Shown: positions 27,388 to 41,380, numbered from the stretch's first letter. The stretch is 64,000 nucleotides of DNA from Chiloscyllium plagiosum (GCF_004010195.1 NC_057720.1:4186651-4250650); one strand, 5' to 3'. Notes: generated by a model not told the origin, from the letters alone. Numbers and translations are program-made.

Positions 27388-27593
27388 GTTGAGAGTGTGA
27401 TGCTGGAAAAATGCAGCAGGTCAGGCAGAGTCTGAGGAGCAGGAAAATCGACATTTCGGGCAAAAACCCTTCTTTGGTAATTGAAGGGCTGATGAAGGGC
27501 TTTTGCCCAAAATGTTGATTTTCCTGCTCCTCAGATGCTGCCTGACCTGCTGTGCTTTTCCAGCACCACACTCTTGACTCTTCACTTTTGCCT
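27388..27593. mobile_element. Fold-back PLE-derived element with a CpG-decayed hammerhead
   Basis: Inverted arms of about 80 bp; CTGATGAagggcttttgcccAAAA; flanks agctgctgctgtga (27374) and agttgctgcagtga (27594). Confidence 0.8.
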
Positions 27594-28654
27594 AGTTGCT
27601 GCAGTGAACCGTTTCAAAGCAACAGGGCAGTGCAAGAGCAGTGGGCACAGGAGGTGTGGCCTTCCAGGGAGGAGGGGGAGATCACCGGGTTGGAAAGGCT
27701 CACAGTGTGAGGTGGGACAGATGCAAGATCAGGAACTGGCTTTGATACAGCTGCTACATCTTTGAACCCAAATTAACCCAGATTAGGGGCAGATTGAGAG
27801 ATACCCCTTCCCTCCCCCCTACCAAACCCAACGGATATGAGGGGTCATGACACCCATCGGGAAGGCAGTCAGTGTGTCAGTGTTCTCACTGTCTCAATCA
27901 TTGAGGTGGCATGAAGAAACTCCTAACTCATCCCAAACTGACCACTTCACATTCTTGATTATGAGTGGAATGCAAAACCTTTCCTGATCAGAACATAATT
28001 CTAGTGGTCGGCCTGAGAAAGTAGCTTAGATCTTCTTGATGTCAAGCCAGCTGATTATCTTCCCTCCTGACTCCTTACCCACTGCTTCCCCCAAGGGGAA
28101 GATTCTGCTCAACTCTTTCGGCCTGATCAGTCCTTCAATTGTCACCTGTGTTGCCTCATTTCTAAATCCAATTTCTCAATCTTCACTCCCCCAGAATGAA
28201 GTGGATGCTGGGACGTTGAGTAACTTTAAGGAGGAGATGGAAAGATTTTTAATTAGTAATGGGATGGAGGGTTATGGAGAGCAGGCAGGAAAGTGGAGGT
28301 GAGGCTGAGATCAGATACAATCATGTTAAATGGTGGAACAGTCTTGAGGGGATGAATGCCTACTCCTATTCCTAATTCTTATGATATTAGAATTCATCTT
28401 CTGTTTGAAGGTGATGAGCGCATTAGCATTCCTATGGTAACAGTAGCTACACTGGCTGGAATCATCCACCACTTTACTCTTTGTTTCTGAAGAAAACATT
28501 TTGAGAATTGAATATTTAATTAGGGTTTTAATAGAGCAGGCAAGGGAAAGAGTGTATATCACACATATGTTGTTAACTAGAGGATGCAGGCTTCAAATAA
28601 TAGCAAACAAAAGCCAAAAGAGGTGACAGTTGGTTCACTCAGCATTTTTAAAAC

Positions 28655-29205
28655 ATGTATTTGTGGGATGTGGGTTTCACTGGATGAGTCAACATTTATT
28701 GCCCGTCCCTAGTTGCCCCTTGAGAAGGTGGTGGTGAGCTGCCTTCTTGAACCGCTGCAGTCCACCTGCTGTGGGTTGACCCACAATGCCCTTAGGAAGG
28801 GAATTCCAGGATTTTGACTCAATGACGGTGAAGGAACAGCAATATATTTCCAAGTCAGGATGGTGAGTGGCTTCAAGGGGAACTTGCAGGGGGTGGTGTT
28901 CCCATGTATCTGCTGCCCTTGTCCTTCTAGATGAAAGGGGTCATGGATTTGGAAGGTGCTACCTAAGGAGCCTCAGTGAGTTTCTACATAGGGCTGCTTT
29001 GTCCTGGATAGTGTCAAGCGTCTTGAATGTTGTTGGAGCTGCCCCCATCCAGGCACGTGGGGTGGTGTGGTGGTACTCCATCAGACTACTGACTGGTGCC
29101 TTGTAGATAGTGGACAGGCTTTGGGGAGTCAGGAGGTGAGTTACTCTCCATGGCATTCCGAGTCTCTGACCTATTCTTGTTGCCGCAATATTTATTTGGC
29201 TGCTC
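28655..29205 (-). mobile_element. L2-like LINE 3' fragment
   Basis: Same 3' region as 895-1330; peptide LSTIYKAPVSSLMEY...LDTIQDKA. Confidence 0.75.
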
Positions 29206-30493
29206 GGTACTGAAATAGGTGGTCAGGCAGGAGCACATTTAAGAACGATACTTAAAAGAGAATCAGATAAATATTTAAATATGAAATATAATTACAGGAT
29301 AAGCAGGGAATGTAACTAATTCAAGAGCTCTTCCAGCAGCTGCCACAGTCAACATAGGCTAATGGGCCTTTTCAGTCCTAAATGTGTTTCCTTTGTACTG
29401 GGGACATGAAACTGACTTTTTAAATATTACTCTGGTAGGAATTATTCTCATAAAAAACCCTTACATATTGATTGAGAACAAAAGGACAATGTATCTTCAC
29501 ACATATTTACCTACAACACATGGACTGCAGCAGTTTAAGCTGCATATTTTTAAGGTGAGAGAAGCAAGTTTTAAAAAATATATGAGGGACAATATTTTTA
29601 CGCAAGGAGTGGTTCGCTTGTGGAATGAACATCCTGAGGGAGTATTGGAAGCGGGTACAATTATAATGTTTAAAGGACATCTGAATAAGTACCTGAAAAA
29701 CAAAGGTTTGGAGGGCTCAGAGCATGGAGTGAGACTAGTTTAGTTTGAGGTAATATTCAGCATGAATTGGTTGGACTGAAGGGTCTGTTTCCATGACTCT
29801 ATGACTCTCTATAACATTACTGGATCGAGATCACAGCTATTACAGTTATCTCACGTAAACAGCCACAGAATGAATCCCACTCATGATGCTATTGTGTATA
29901 TGCAACTGACAAGGTGATATTTTGGCCATTTCATGCTGTTCTTGGACTGAAGTGTGTAACGTTCTCCCTGAAATCATGATTAGCAAGCATTGTTTTCTGG
30001 AACCTGGCAGAGATATCAGATTAACACACAGCAGCTGCACAGATCAATACACTCATTATTTATGACAGGGAAAGATTCGCTCTGTTTCAATTTCACAGGT
30101 ACTGGAAAGGCAAGACTCAAATACATTTTATTAATTACATATTGCATTTTATTCTTCAAAAGCCAAGCAGACAAATATCTGTTTAGGAAAAGATGAAAGT
30201 CGCTAAGGACACATATAGAGATAAAAAGGATTGTGATATCTTCATTCACAGTTTGTATTGAGATTATTGACACCATCCTAAAACTATTTCTAACTTTTCT
30301 CACAAACAGACAAGGTCTTCCTGATATAACTCAACGAACTGCGGATGCTGTAAATCAGAAACAAGAACAGAAGTTGCTGGAAAAGCTCAGCAGGTCTGGC
30401 AGCAACTGTGGAGAGAAATTCGAGTTAACATTTTGGCTTTAGTGAGCCTCAGTGCCTGAGGAACTTGTCCTGAAATATTAAAAATCCTGAAAG

Positions 30494-30635
30494 AGCTGAA
30501 GTTTCGAGTCGAACTGACCTTTTGTCAAAGCTAGACAAAGCTTTGACAAAGGGTCAGTTACACTCGAAACGTCAGCTGTTTTCTCTCCTTACAGATGCTG
30601 CCAGACCTACTGAGATTTTCCAGCATTTTCTCTTT
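30494..30635. mobile_element. PLE-derived palindromic element with variant hammerhead-like arms
   Basis: 39-bp inverted arms at 30494-30532 and 30539-30577, followed by the gatgctgccagacct tail. Confidence 0.7.
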
Positions 30636-30957
30636 TGGTAATAGACTGGGAATGCTGTGTTCATGCTCTGAAATTGTTAAACTTGATGTTGAGCCCTGAA
30701 GGCTGTAAGGTATTGAAGCGAAAACAAATGAGAAGAAAAATGGAGTTGAAGATTATCACAGCAGCTGCAATTTTACTGAATGAACTCGATGGGCTGAATG
30801 ACCTACTCCTGATCCTCATCTTATTAAGGTGGAGGAAACGTAAATGTGTGTACTATTGTCAATCTATTGAATATCATTTCAGAATTGGATTACCTATAAT
30901 GAAAAATGAACATCACTTTCATGAGCTTTAATATTTATTTGCAACTTTTATTTTTAG

Positions 30958-31049
30958 CTTTAAAGATACAATGCAGTTCCAGTTCTTCTGAACTCCTGAA
31001 TGAAACTGGGGGCTATATTCTCAAATGTCGTGGTCCACTGCTTGTAAAG
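30958..31049 (+). CDS. Guanylyl cyclase exon C, (A)LKIQCSSSSSELLNETGGYILKCRGPLLVK
   Basis: tttatttttag acceptor and AAG|gtaag donor; 92 bp, phase 1-0. In frame with exon B and homologous to ALKIHxS...RGxxxxK. Confidence 0.92.
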
Positions 31050-31152
31050 GTAAGATTCTCTACTGGATTCATCAGAAATTATTCATATATACCTTTAGAA
31101 CCGAAACTTGCCCTTGCCAGTAACAAGGAAGGAGTTCTTTCAGGATTGTCAG

Positions 31153-31380
31153 TGAAATAACATCACAGAGGCTGGTATCCCATTAACCTTTATTGACACA
31201 CGAATGGTCCTTGACTTTAATACTGGCTTGTATACAGTCAGGCACCAGAGTGTCAGTATCCCTAACACTCATCATTTTTATATCAGCCAGGACTCCTTGT
31301 TTGGACCAGATTAACAGTCCCAATCTAGGAACTCACGTTCTATGAAGTCTAGTTGGCTGACCTCCAATACAATTACTACA
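31153..31380 (-). mobile_element. Solo LTR (228 bp)
   Basis: TG...CA ends with imperfect terminal inverted repeats; 5-bp TSD gtcag (31148, 31381); TATAAAAA and AATAAA on the minus strand. Confidence 0.75.
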
Positions 31381-33495
31381 GTCAGCCTATGCAGAATGTA
31401 ATTTATAGGAAGAACTTGGCTTCCAACACTAAACTGCTCACACCTTCTAAACCTCACCACTGCTGCCTTCCCCCCAACTTGAAAACCAGCCTGATGTCCA
31501 GGAGCTCCAGGGAATGAAGTTCCTAAACGGCAATAGGAACCTTACCACAGGGATGCTTAATTCCAAGGGAGACATTTAATCAATGCGGTTGACCCCAGAA
31601 AATCCCATTCCTGAGTGTTCCATTAGATTGTTCAATCCCTGGAAAGACTTAGGTTCGGACAGGATTGGGTTCATTGGTGAGATGTCAGAGGAAAGGCTAT
31701 ACTCAGCCTTTATGCCTCTGCCTTACTGAGACCTTGACTATCGCTCAGGCACAAGAGCGCCTTTCATCAAAGGATCTATTCCATGGGAATGGTGAGTTGA
31801 GTTTGCTTGTATCGCTTCATAACCTGATGAGTCCCCCCTCACTGCTGGTGAAATAGTGGGATTAGGCTCTTATGTGACAATTACTATTTTTCAAAAAAGT
31901 TCATTCATGGGATGTGGGTGTCGCTGGCATTGTTGCCAATCCTTGATCTCAGAGGGCGGTTAAGAGTCGACCATCTTGCTTTGGGTCTGGGGACACATGT
32001 AGGCCAGACCAGGTAAAGATAGCAGATTCCTTCCCTAAAGGACATTAGTGAACCAGATGGATTTATATGACAATTGGCAATGGTTTCATAGCCACCATTA
32101 GGCTCTACATTCCAAATTTTTATTGAGTCATTTTAATGAGTTTTATTGAATGCTTGTGTTCCTATAAGAGAGTGATAACTGGGTACTTGATTAGTAAGGG
32201 GATCAAGGGTTACAGGAAGAAGGCAGGAGAATGGGTTTAAGAAACATTTCGCAAATGACCAAATGGCAGAGCAGAATCAATGGGCTGAATGGCCTAATTC
32301 TGTTCCTATATCTTAAAGTCTTATGGTTGATATTCCACTATCTGCCAAGGTAAGATTCAGACTCATGTCACCACAACATTACAGAGTATCTAGATTAGTA
32401 ATGAAATTAATTGACAAGACAGCTGTTATAACACAGAGGCCACTCTGCCCATTATGTCTTTGCAATAGTGCAGCACACCCTCAGTACCACACATTTGCTT
32501 CGACTTGGTGAACAATGTGGAAGACACGCCCGCTCCGAACTCATGCTGAATCAGTGTTGGGCTTAAAACCAGTTTCACAAAGCTGGGAATAATCATATCA
32601 CCCGCTAAATCCGTGTCTCAGTGGCTGCAATTCCTTTGGGAAGAAAAAGATTTTATTGAAATGATCTGTAGGCCAAATGTGCGTACCACATCAGCGAATC
32701 AGCAGGCCATATTGTGTGGTTCATTCCCAGGGGGAGAAAGCTAAAGATGGTATTAGTGAGAGCACACAGCTGGCTGCCACTTTAAGATCCCTGGAAGGCT
32801 CAGCTGTTCCGAAATTGGAAATGTTGCAACTAATTGCACCATTTGCGGCTCAAAAGAAGATACACATGCTCCCCAATTACTGCTGTCAGCAGCGATCACC
32901 CTCCGCAATACTGTCTCTCTTTCAGACTGCTTTTACTTGGCAGGGAGTTTGTACATTTTTATCAAGAGTAAAATATTTTACTGGAGACCGGATGCCTGTG
33001 ACCTTGGGCTATCAGCTCCAGCTGGGTGCTTTCTGGGTCTGTTCCCCACCTCCCCGCCCCCCAGCCCTGGATCAGTGAGAATTTATCTTCAAGCCGAACT
33101 CTGGTCTTCCCTCTTACCAGGAACGGGAGGTGTCCCTGCAAGGACAATGATCTCTGGCCTGCAGGGTGATGTGGTACTGCTTATCTGTAAGCAAGGGCCC
33201 TTACATGCAAGGGCCCAGAGGCTCTGGAGCAGGGAAGGAGGTTTCTAGCAATTCCCAGGGTCCATCAAGAGAGCCCAGGCCTCAAGCCAGCTCTTGTGGA
33301 GATGGGGTGGGATACTGGGACAGAGAGCTTTTGCTCTGCGAACACCTGGTGGCCCTCAGCACCCATCTCTTCTGGCTTCTTGACAGAAACTCCCCATCCC
33401 TATTTACTTTCAGCAAATTTTCTGGGATGCTTTCAAGAACCATCTGGAGATAGATACCAATTCCAGTAGACACACAGCCATTTTGGAAGGGTTAG

Positions 33496-33690
33496 AGCTA
33501 AAAGATCAGTCGATGCTGGAATTGAAGGTAGACAAACAGGAGGCTGGAAGGATACAGCAGGCCAGGCAGCATCAGGAGGTGGAGAAGTCGACGTTTCAGG
33601 TGTAACCCTTCTTCAGTCCTTCTTCAATCGACATCTCCACCACCTAATACTGTCTGGCTTGCTGTGTTCTTCCAGCCTCCTGCTTGACTA
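33496..33690. mobile_element. Fold-back PLE-derived element (distinct subfamily) with a minus-strand hammerhead core
   Basis: Reverse complement of 33587-33618 reads gaCTGAAGAagggttacacctGAAAcgtcgac; flanks ttttggaagggttag (33481) and ttctggaatggttag (33691). Confidence 0.75.
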
Positions 33691-35497
33691 TTCTGGAATG
33701 GTTAGCAGCCCTGAAGTAACTTTATGCTGTATCCAGGCTATCTGTCTGTCTGCATTGTGGTTAGAATGTCATCGCTTGCAGAGAATGGTTTAATGATACA
33801 GTTAAAAATTGGAAGACGCTATGCTGTTAGAAAGAACCCCAATTTAGTATTAGTTTCTGACTAACATCATAAAAAAAAGGCAGTGTTAAAAAGTAGGCCA
33901 TTCAGCCCATCCAACTTGCTCTATTATTCAACAAGGTCATGCTGAAGCTAATGGCAGCCTTAATGTCATTTTCCTGTTTGCCCATACCTTCGACTCCCTG
34001 TCAATCAGAGCTCTGAGACCCATCCTCCAATCCTCTCTATGGAAGAGAGTTCCAGAGACTAACAATCCTGTGAGAGAAGAAATTTCTTTTCATATTCATC
34101 TTACATGCAAGAACCCTTAATTTTAGACTGTAATTCCTCGTTCTAGATTCTTCAAAAGCCCTCAGATTGTATATGTTTCAAAAAATATGTTGACTGTTAA
34201 TCATTGAACCTGAGATGATGGTACTGTTGTATGAGGAGAGTTTGAGGAGGCTTGATTAATATTCTCTGGAATTTAGAAAAATGAAAGGCGATCTCATAGA
34301 AACATACAAAATTCTTCGAGAGATGGACAGAGTAGATGCAGAAAGGGTGTAACCCATATCTGTGAGTCTAGAACCAGGAGACATAGTCTCAAGATAAAAG
34401 GCAAGCCAAATAGGTCTGAGATGAGGAGGAGTTTCTTCAGGTGGTAAATCTTGGAATTCTTTACCCCAGAGAGTTAGGGAGGGTCAGTCATTGTGTAAAT
34501 TCAAGATGGAGATCGATAAATTTCCAGTTACTAATGGCATTATGTGATAAGGAGATAGGACAGAAAATTGTTTTGAGGTAAGTGATCACCCACGGCCTAG
34601 AATGATGAAGCAGGCTTGCAGGGCTGAATGGCCTACTCCTGTTACACTATGATTCTATAATATGATTGGAGACTTTTGATATGCAGCAGAACTTGTCTTT
34701 TATGTTGAATGTTCAGTTTCCATTCTATACTTTCTGTTGTCAACGTTTGCCTGTCCTGAGTCAGTACCCCAATCCCAAATGCAGAGCTTCCAAAAGTGGG
34801 GTCAGGATCTCAAATGAGGTCATGCAATGGCCATTGTGGAACTCAATTTATCCCCCTTCTGTATCCCCCTCTTTCCCCCACAGGTATTCCTCCCCTTCAT
34901 TCTCCCCACACTCACTTCTCAATATTTACTGAGGGGTTGTGACAATTTTCAAGTCTTGAAATGGGCTTTCTGTGGGAAAACGTTTCGGAACCTTGCCGTA
35001 CATCCTCTTAAGAGTGACAGGCTGACAAGTACAAAAGTGGGCGGGGAGGGGGAGGGTGATAATCCCAATTTGGCTGTTAGTGGTCTATGCGGCACGAGTG
35101 GAGGAGGGTTTTTGAGCCAAAGCTTTAAATTTCAATTGACCGGGAAGCAGGAACCTTGGCTGATTATTTCCCCTTCTTCTTCTTTTGCTTTTGCAAAGGC
35201 AATTTCCCATGTCCCAGTGCCACAAAACCTCAGATTAATAAACTAAGACTTGAACAAAAGGCTCCCCAATCTGCATAGCTCAGTTATTAACGAGGGAGGA
35301 AACCCTTCTTCCTTAAAACTCTAAGTTGCATTTGGTTGAAATAGAGAGGTTGATGGTGTATTTGTGTCATGTGATCTTGAGGAGCATCAAAGTTTTAATA
35401 CATGCAGTCAATAAGCAATAATGACAGTAAGTGGTATTTTATTGGGCTTTTGACTAATGAGGAACTAGTTCCAAGTGGCTACCCAAGGGTTTTTTTT

Positions 35498-35800
35498 TAG
35501 ATCCCCTAGAGTGTGGAAACAGGCCTTTTGGCCCAACAAGTCCACACCGACCCTCCGAAGAGTAACCCACCTTACCCACTCCACTACCCTATGCTTACTC
35601 CTGACTAATGCATCTAACGGTATGGGCAATTTAGCATGGCCAATTCACCTGACCTGCACATCTTTGGATTGTGGGAGGAAACTGGAGCACACGGAGGAAA
35701 ACCATTCAGACACGAGGAGAATGTATAAACTCCACCACAGGCAGTTTCCTGAGGTGGGAATCAAACTCTGGTCCCGGGCGCCGTGAGGCACTGTGCCGCC
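35498..35800 (-). mobile_element. HE1-type SINE
   Basis: Reverse complement of head, core and tail. Confidence 0.85.
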
Positions 35801-37674
35801 CCAAAGGTTTGGCATTGAGTCACCTAAAGAGATGTTAGGATGGGAGAGTGTGGGATGAAAAGTCCTAAAGGAGAAGCAAGAACTGGAGAGATTTAGGGAG
35901 GAAATTCCAGAGCTTAGCCAGCTGAAGGCATGGCCACCAATGGTAGGTCGAAAGATGAAAATGTGCAAGATGCCAGAATTGGAGGAATGCAGAGTTCTTA
36001 CAGATTTATAAGTGTAAAAGGAGGCCGTTCAGCCCATTGTGTCTACTCTGAGTTCTGACCATTTCAACTTGGTGTCAAAACTGCACCTTTTCCCCATGAC
36101 CTCACACGTTGTTCCTATTTAAGTAATCATCTAATGATCTCTTGAATGCCTCAACGAAATTTGTCTCCACTGCACTTCCATACATTTCAGATCCTAATAC
36201 TCACTGTGTGAGAAACTTTTGCGATAACTTGTGCCCTTTGGTTCCCCATCATCTTAAAAGTGGGTACAGCTTTTCCCTATCAACTCAGTGCAGATCTCTC
36301 AAGAGTTCAGGACAAAAGAGTCATAGAGATGTACAGCACGGAAACAGACCCTCCATGGAGGAAACAAAGAACAAGGATTGTGGCTACATTTATTGCTCAA
36401 TTTCAATTACCTTGGTTTGATGATAAACAGCAAGGTCCACACAAGAATGAAATCCAGATTAATTAGCTTTGGCAAGGTGTGTGACAGTGATTTAAGTAGT
36501 GACTAGGAGTTTAAGCATGAGCATGAAATTTTAAAAAATATCTAGTCCAGAGAGTAGAGTGTGTTGCGCTCTATGGATGTGAGAGTTTGATTCCGAAGAG
36601 AATGAAAGGAGAATTGAAATGTGAGTTTGGCAGATGGTACCCAGAACCACTTGAAAAGACAATAAAACAAAGTAAGATGAAGAGTCAAAGTTCAGGAATC
36701 ATAAGTATTGCTAAGTAGTTAAGAGAGAGAAGAGAGAAAGAACTTAGTCAAAAGTCTTGTCATGACAATAATTAAAGAACAAATTGAAGGTAAAAACAGA
36801 AGAGGAAAAAACAATAATTTGACTGAGATGTGGACATGGACTGAAGGAGTGTTGTAGAAAGTAAGATGATGCTCTATTAAGGACATAATGACAATGAAGA
36901 AGGCAGTGGTAGCAATGGGGTCTGGGATGCGATTTATCTTAAACCAAGGATGAGCAGTCCCTGTTGTGCCTAAATTGCAGTTTTCCATTTCCCACATTAG
37001 CCATCTTCACTGCTGGGGGGTAAGTGTTAATATTGTCAAAGATTGTTCATAACTTTGGTGCAGTTGTAAATATGGTTCATGGCCACTATCACCTGCTTTA
37101 ATCCACTTCCCAACCACAATCCATGCACAACGTTAACAGTCAGCAGATAGGGGAATCTTTCATCCACTGGTAACAGTATATCCCAGTGGTTTCAACCAAA
37201 TAAATGTTGTGGAGGCTCATTCAAAAGTATCAAGACTGAGATTGTTAACTTTTTGTTAGGTGAGGGTATTAAAAATTATGGAACAGAGGCTGGTAGGTAG
37301 TTAAGATATAGATCACCCATGATCTAAATAGAAAGCAGGGCAGGTATGAGGAGTTGAATTGCCTCCTCCTATTCATAAATGGAAATTAGGATGTAAAAAT
37401 GAAAACTAAATTGTCTTATTTAAGAAATAATCTGTATCGTGAAAACTGCTTTCTGGTTAGTTTTGATTATCACAAAACACAATTGTGTTTTCTCAAAGCA
37501 GAAAACAAAATAAAGTTGATAAGACATATTTTTGTTCAATTGCCTGCTGCTAAACCAACAATTTGGACTCTTGAATAAAGCTAAGCATTGGAAAAGATTT
37601 ATTTCATTGTCAGTTAATTGATTTCAGATTGATTTAAACATCAAAGTCACCAGATGCTATATTTTCCTCTTTAG

Positions 37675-37734
37675 GGTAAAGGAGAGATGACCACATGGTG
37701 GCTGGAAGGGAAAACGTGTGATGGGACACAGTAA
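37675..37734 (+). CDS. Guanylyl cyclase terminal coding exon D, GKGEMTTWWLEGKTCDGTQ*
   Basis: attttcctctttag acceptor, phase 0; KGKGxMxTxWL motif; TAA at 37732-37734. Not in the ORF track, found by reading the sequence. Confidence 0.93.
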   Translation, partial: GKGEMTTWWLEGKTCDGTQ

Positions 37735-38110
37735 ATCACAGACAGAGGAAGTTCAAAACTAGTCATTTCCAGCTGAAGAATGCAGTTCTGCACTCTACAA
37801 AACTTTTACAACATTAAATATCCCGTCTAATGTCCAATGCAAGGCTTTGTAATCATATTTGTTTTGTATGATGTATAAATAGGACTGTATCAAGTTAATA
37901 TTGTCAAAGATTGTTCATAACTTTGATCTTGTATTAGCTCTGTACTTTTGTGTCAGTCGCCTACTGTTGTAACTTTAACACTTCAAGTTTCTTGATAGTT
38001 TAAGCAGAATTTGTTGTTGCTATGAATAATTTAAACAATCAGTAAAAGGCCCTTTGGCCCATCATTTTAATTCCAATCTTTATCAAACTTTGCAATGTAT
38101 TAAAAGACAT
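37735..38110 (+). other. Probable 3' UTR of the guanylyl cyclase gene
   Basis: Non-repetitive AT-rich sequence after the stop codon; ATTAAA hexamers at 37813 and 38099. The true end is unknown. Confidence 0.45.
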
Positions 38111-38575
38111 GCATTATAAAGGAAAAGTATATGGCGATGACATGTAATATGGACTGATTGAATCTACAGGAGGACAGTTGGATAACTGGTATGCACAAGT
38201 AACTCATGCACTCTTCTTTCTCATTTCTTCTCAATGCCTGACATCTTCATCACTTCTCAAATTAGCCAAGACTGTAAGAACCTTTGAGAGTTTCTCTCCA
38301 CCATCTCTATACTGAGGCCTCCCAAATTTATCTTGCTTTATACTGTTCGCAGCGGTTGACCCTGATGGATCTGTAACAGACTTTTAATATCCCGTGCAAT
38401 AGAAAGTGACCCAGATTCATATTTTACACCTGGGAAGATTCTCTTGTTAAAAAAACAATAATATGTTGAGTTCTTTGTCTAAACCAAAGGATAAAAGCCA
38501 TAATATTAATCACTTTCCAATAGCTTCTTGAACCTTTGCGCTTACCACCTGTCCTTGATTAGCCAGGTTGTTACA

Positions 38576-38766
38576 TTCCCGAGAAAAGCACAGAAAGTCA
38601 GGCAGCATCCAAGGAACAGGAGAATCAACATTTCGGACATCAAGATGAAGAGCTTATGCCCAAAATGTTGATGCTCTTGCTCCTCAGATGCCACCTGACC
38701 CACTGTGCTTTTCCAGCACCACACTCTTGACTCTGATCTCCAGCATCTGCAATCCTCACTTTCTCT
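38576..38766. mobile_element. Fold-back PLE-derived element
   Basis: Inverted arms; flanks aggttgttaca (38565) and aggttgtcaca (38767). Confidence 0.78.
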
Positions 38767-40954
38767 AGGTTGTCACACTATATTTCTTCATGTTACCTGT
38801 AGGCTATTCACTATTGCTTCATCTCTGGAATAACTTAAAAGGATTCAATTTTTCAGATTATTATTTATTTTTGCCAAAGATGTACTGTTTATCATGTCTA
38901 TCAATCATCTAGTCTATCTCGTCTATTTAATCTCCAGCATCTGCAGTACTCACTTTCTCCTATGTAGTCCCAGTGGTCTAATCCTGGAACTGACTCTCTA
39001 ATGGCTCATCACACCTTCTTATGAATATCTAAGGATGGGAAATAAATTAATGCCTAGCCAATCACATCCTCATATTCCATGAGAGGTTTATTGCAAACAT
39101 TCCTCATCAGAACCTTAAGCCAAATGGTTATTTGATCATGCGACACAATACTCGCTTACAATGAAATGCCATTAAAGAGAGAAGGATCGGAGAAATTTGT
39201 CACAGTAAATGAACAAAATTTAAACAAAAATGGAGAGCAAGGTAGCTTTCAGGCTTCCCAGCACTCATTTCCAGCTCACAGCCACAATACCTGGACAGCA
39301 GGATTGCAAAATCACATTAGTTCTTATTTAGATTAACTTCTCTTACAGGAGCATATACCTTGAAGAAATTCAGAGCTTCTCTATCATCTTGTTCACGCTT
39401 TCTGGATTCTATTTCCCTCCTTGTGTTTGATAAGGTGCTTACCAGAACTCATTTTCACAGACACATCGCCTGGGTTGCACTGCCAGATGGAACACCATTT
39501 TCAATGCTGAGCTAAAAGTGAATTTTGCATGCGGCACATGAACACCAATCCTAACTGTGATTCCGTTAGACCATATTATTTTCCAAATTTAAACAAAAGA
39601 AAATCAAACTGTTATTTGGAATTATATTAAATTCCCTGAACAGGAACAGGCCTTTTAAACTCACAGTCCATGTCATTATTTCTATATTCCATATGGGTGC
39701 ATTCCTAAACTCTCTTCAGCTCATCCTAACCTTTTAAACCTGACCTGATATAATTGATCTAGCTTTTACTTAAATGCATCTATAGTGTTTGCTCAACCAT
39801 TCCCTGTGATTGTGAGTTTCACATTCTAAACAATCTCCAGGCAAAGATGCTTCTCCTAAATTCATAACTGGATATGAGCAACTGGCTTACATTTTTGTCT
39901 CCTAATTTTGGATCAGCCGGCGGAGGAAACATCTTCTCAATGAGTTGCCACTTTCGGAGCCTGTACCAATGTATTCTATATCACCTCTCAGCCTTGCCTT
40001 TTTGAGTAAAAAGTGGCCTAGTAGATGGTTACAGGAGCCTGGGATCCTAGATCCCACTACGAGGGGGTCAACAAACAGCCACAAGTAGCTTATTCATCTT
40101 CAGATATCTTCTCAAAAAGAAAAAGTTCATTCTCTGATGAGAATAAATTCAGCTTATATTGCCACACTGATTAGCAGTGTCATCCGCAATGATTGTTCAT
40201 TGGAGGATCTAGATGCTGTATCTTTTGTTGCTATTAGTAGGCTTAGGGACAAGTTAGCTGAAAAGTCTGTTAGAAGCTTGATACTGAATAAATGCTGATA
40301 ATGGGAAATATTTGATTTGTCATTAATCTTCCTGATGCCAAATGTCAGGCGGTGTAGATTAATATTTAATCATTCAAAACATCCAGTGTTAGGAATTACG
40401 CTTATGAGTACATTATAAATTAATTTGCCTCTGTACAGTTGCATTGTATTCGCCATTGTTCACATGTTTGTAGATGTTACCTTTACCTTCTGAAGTGACC
40501 TGTGACATGGTCGCTAGCAATTATTGCAGTAATAAAATGCATTGCCATGACAAGCAGAAGCAACATTACTGAGGGCGCTGAATTAAAAACAGAAAATGCT
40601 GGAGAAACTCAGCAGATTTGGCAGTATCTGTGGAGAGAGAAACTGAATTAACATTTCAAAGTTAACATGATTCTTATTCAGAACTGAAGAACATTATAAA
40701 TCCAGAGATTTGTAATGAAACTCATTGTAACTTTTAACAGTGGATGAATCACTATAAAAATGTGCTGAGGTCAAATTGTGATTTATTACAAATGTCTTGG
40801 CTGACTTAGAAAAATATTGACATTAAACTGCAATGTGCCACAGAAACAGGAAACATTCCCCATGTAAGCCCTTACCCATCATCCCCCTCCTCAGGCCACT
40901 GATCAGTGCATCCTGGATCTCAAGGCAACATTTCTGCAGAATCATAGATTAGTT

Positions 40955-41380
40955 ACGGATATAAGTTTGCTCGCTGAGCTAGAAGGTCCTTTTTCAGACA
41001 TTTTGTCACCATACTAGGTAACATCATCAGTGAGCCTCCGATGAAGCACTGGTGGTATGGCCCACATTTTATTTATGTGCTTAGGTTTCCTTCAGTTGGT
41101 GATGTCATTTCCTGTTCTTTTTTCTCATGGGATGGTAAATGGGATCCAAGTCAATGTGTTTGTTGATAGAGTTCTGGTTGGAATGCTGTGCTTCTAGGAA
41201 TTCTCGCGCATGTCTCTGTTTGGCTTGTTGTGGGATAGATGTGTTGTCCCAGTCGAAATGGTGTCCTTCCTCATCTGTATGTAAAGATACTAGTGAGAGT
41301 GGATCATGCCTTTTTGTGGCTAGTTGATGTTCATGTATCCTGGTGGCTAGTTTTCTGCCTATTTTTCCAATGTAGTGTTG
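40955..41380 (-). mobile_element. Penelope/Poseidon-type PLE 3' fragment, degenerate
   Basis: Reverse complement is homologous to 51044-51584 (GIY-YIG C-part and a decayed hammerhead at about 40993-41035). Confidence 0.8.

Noticed and set aside
32677..33473. Cluster of overlapping ORFs in a GC-richer patch
   Set aside because: No domain similarity or splice pattern; probably an old repeat.
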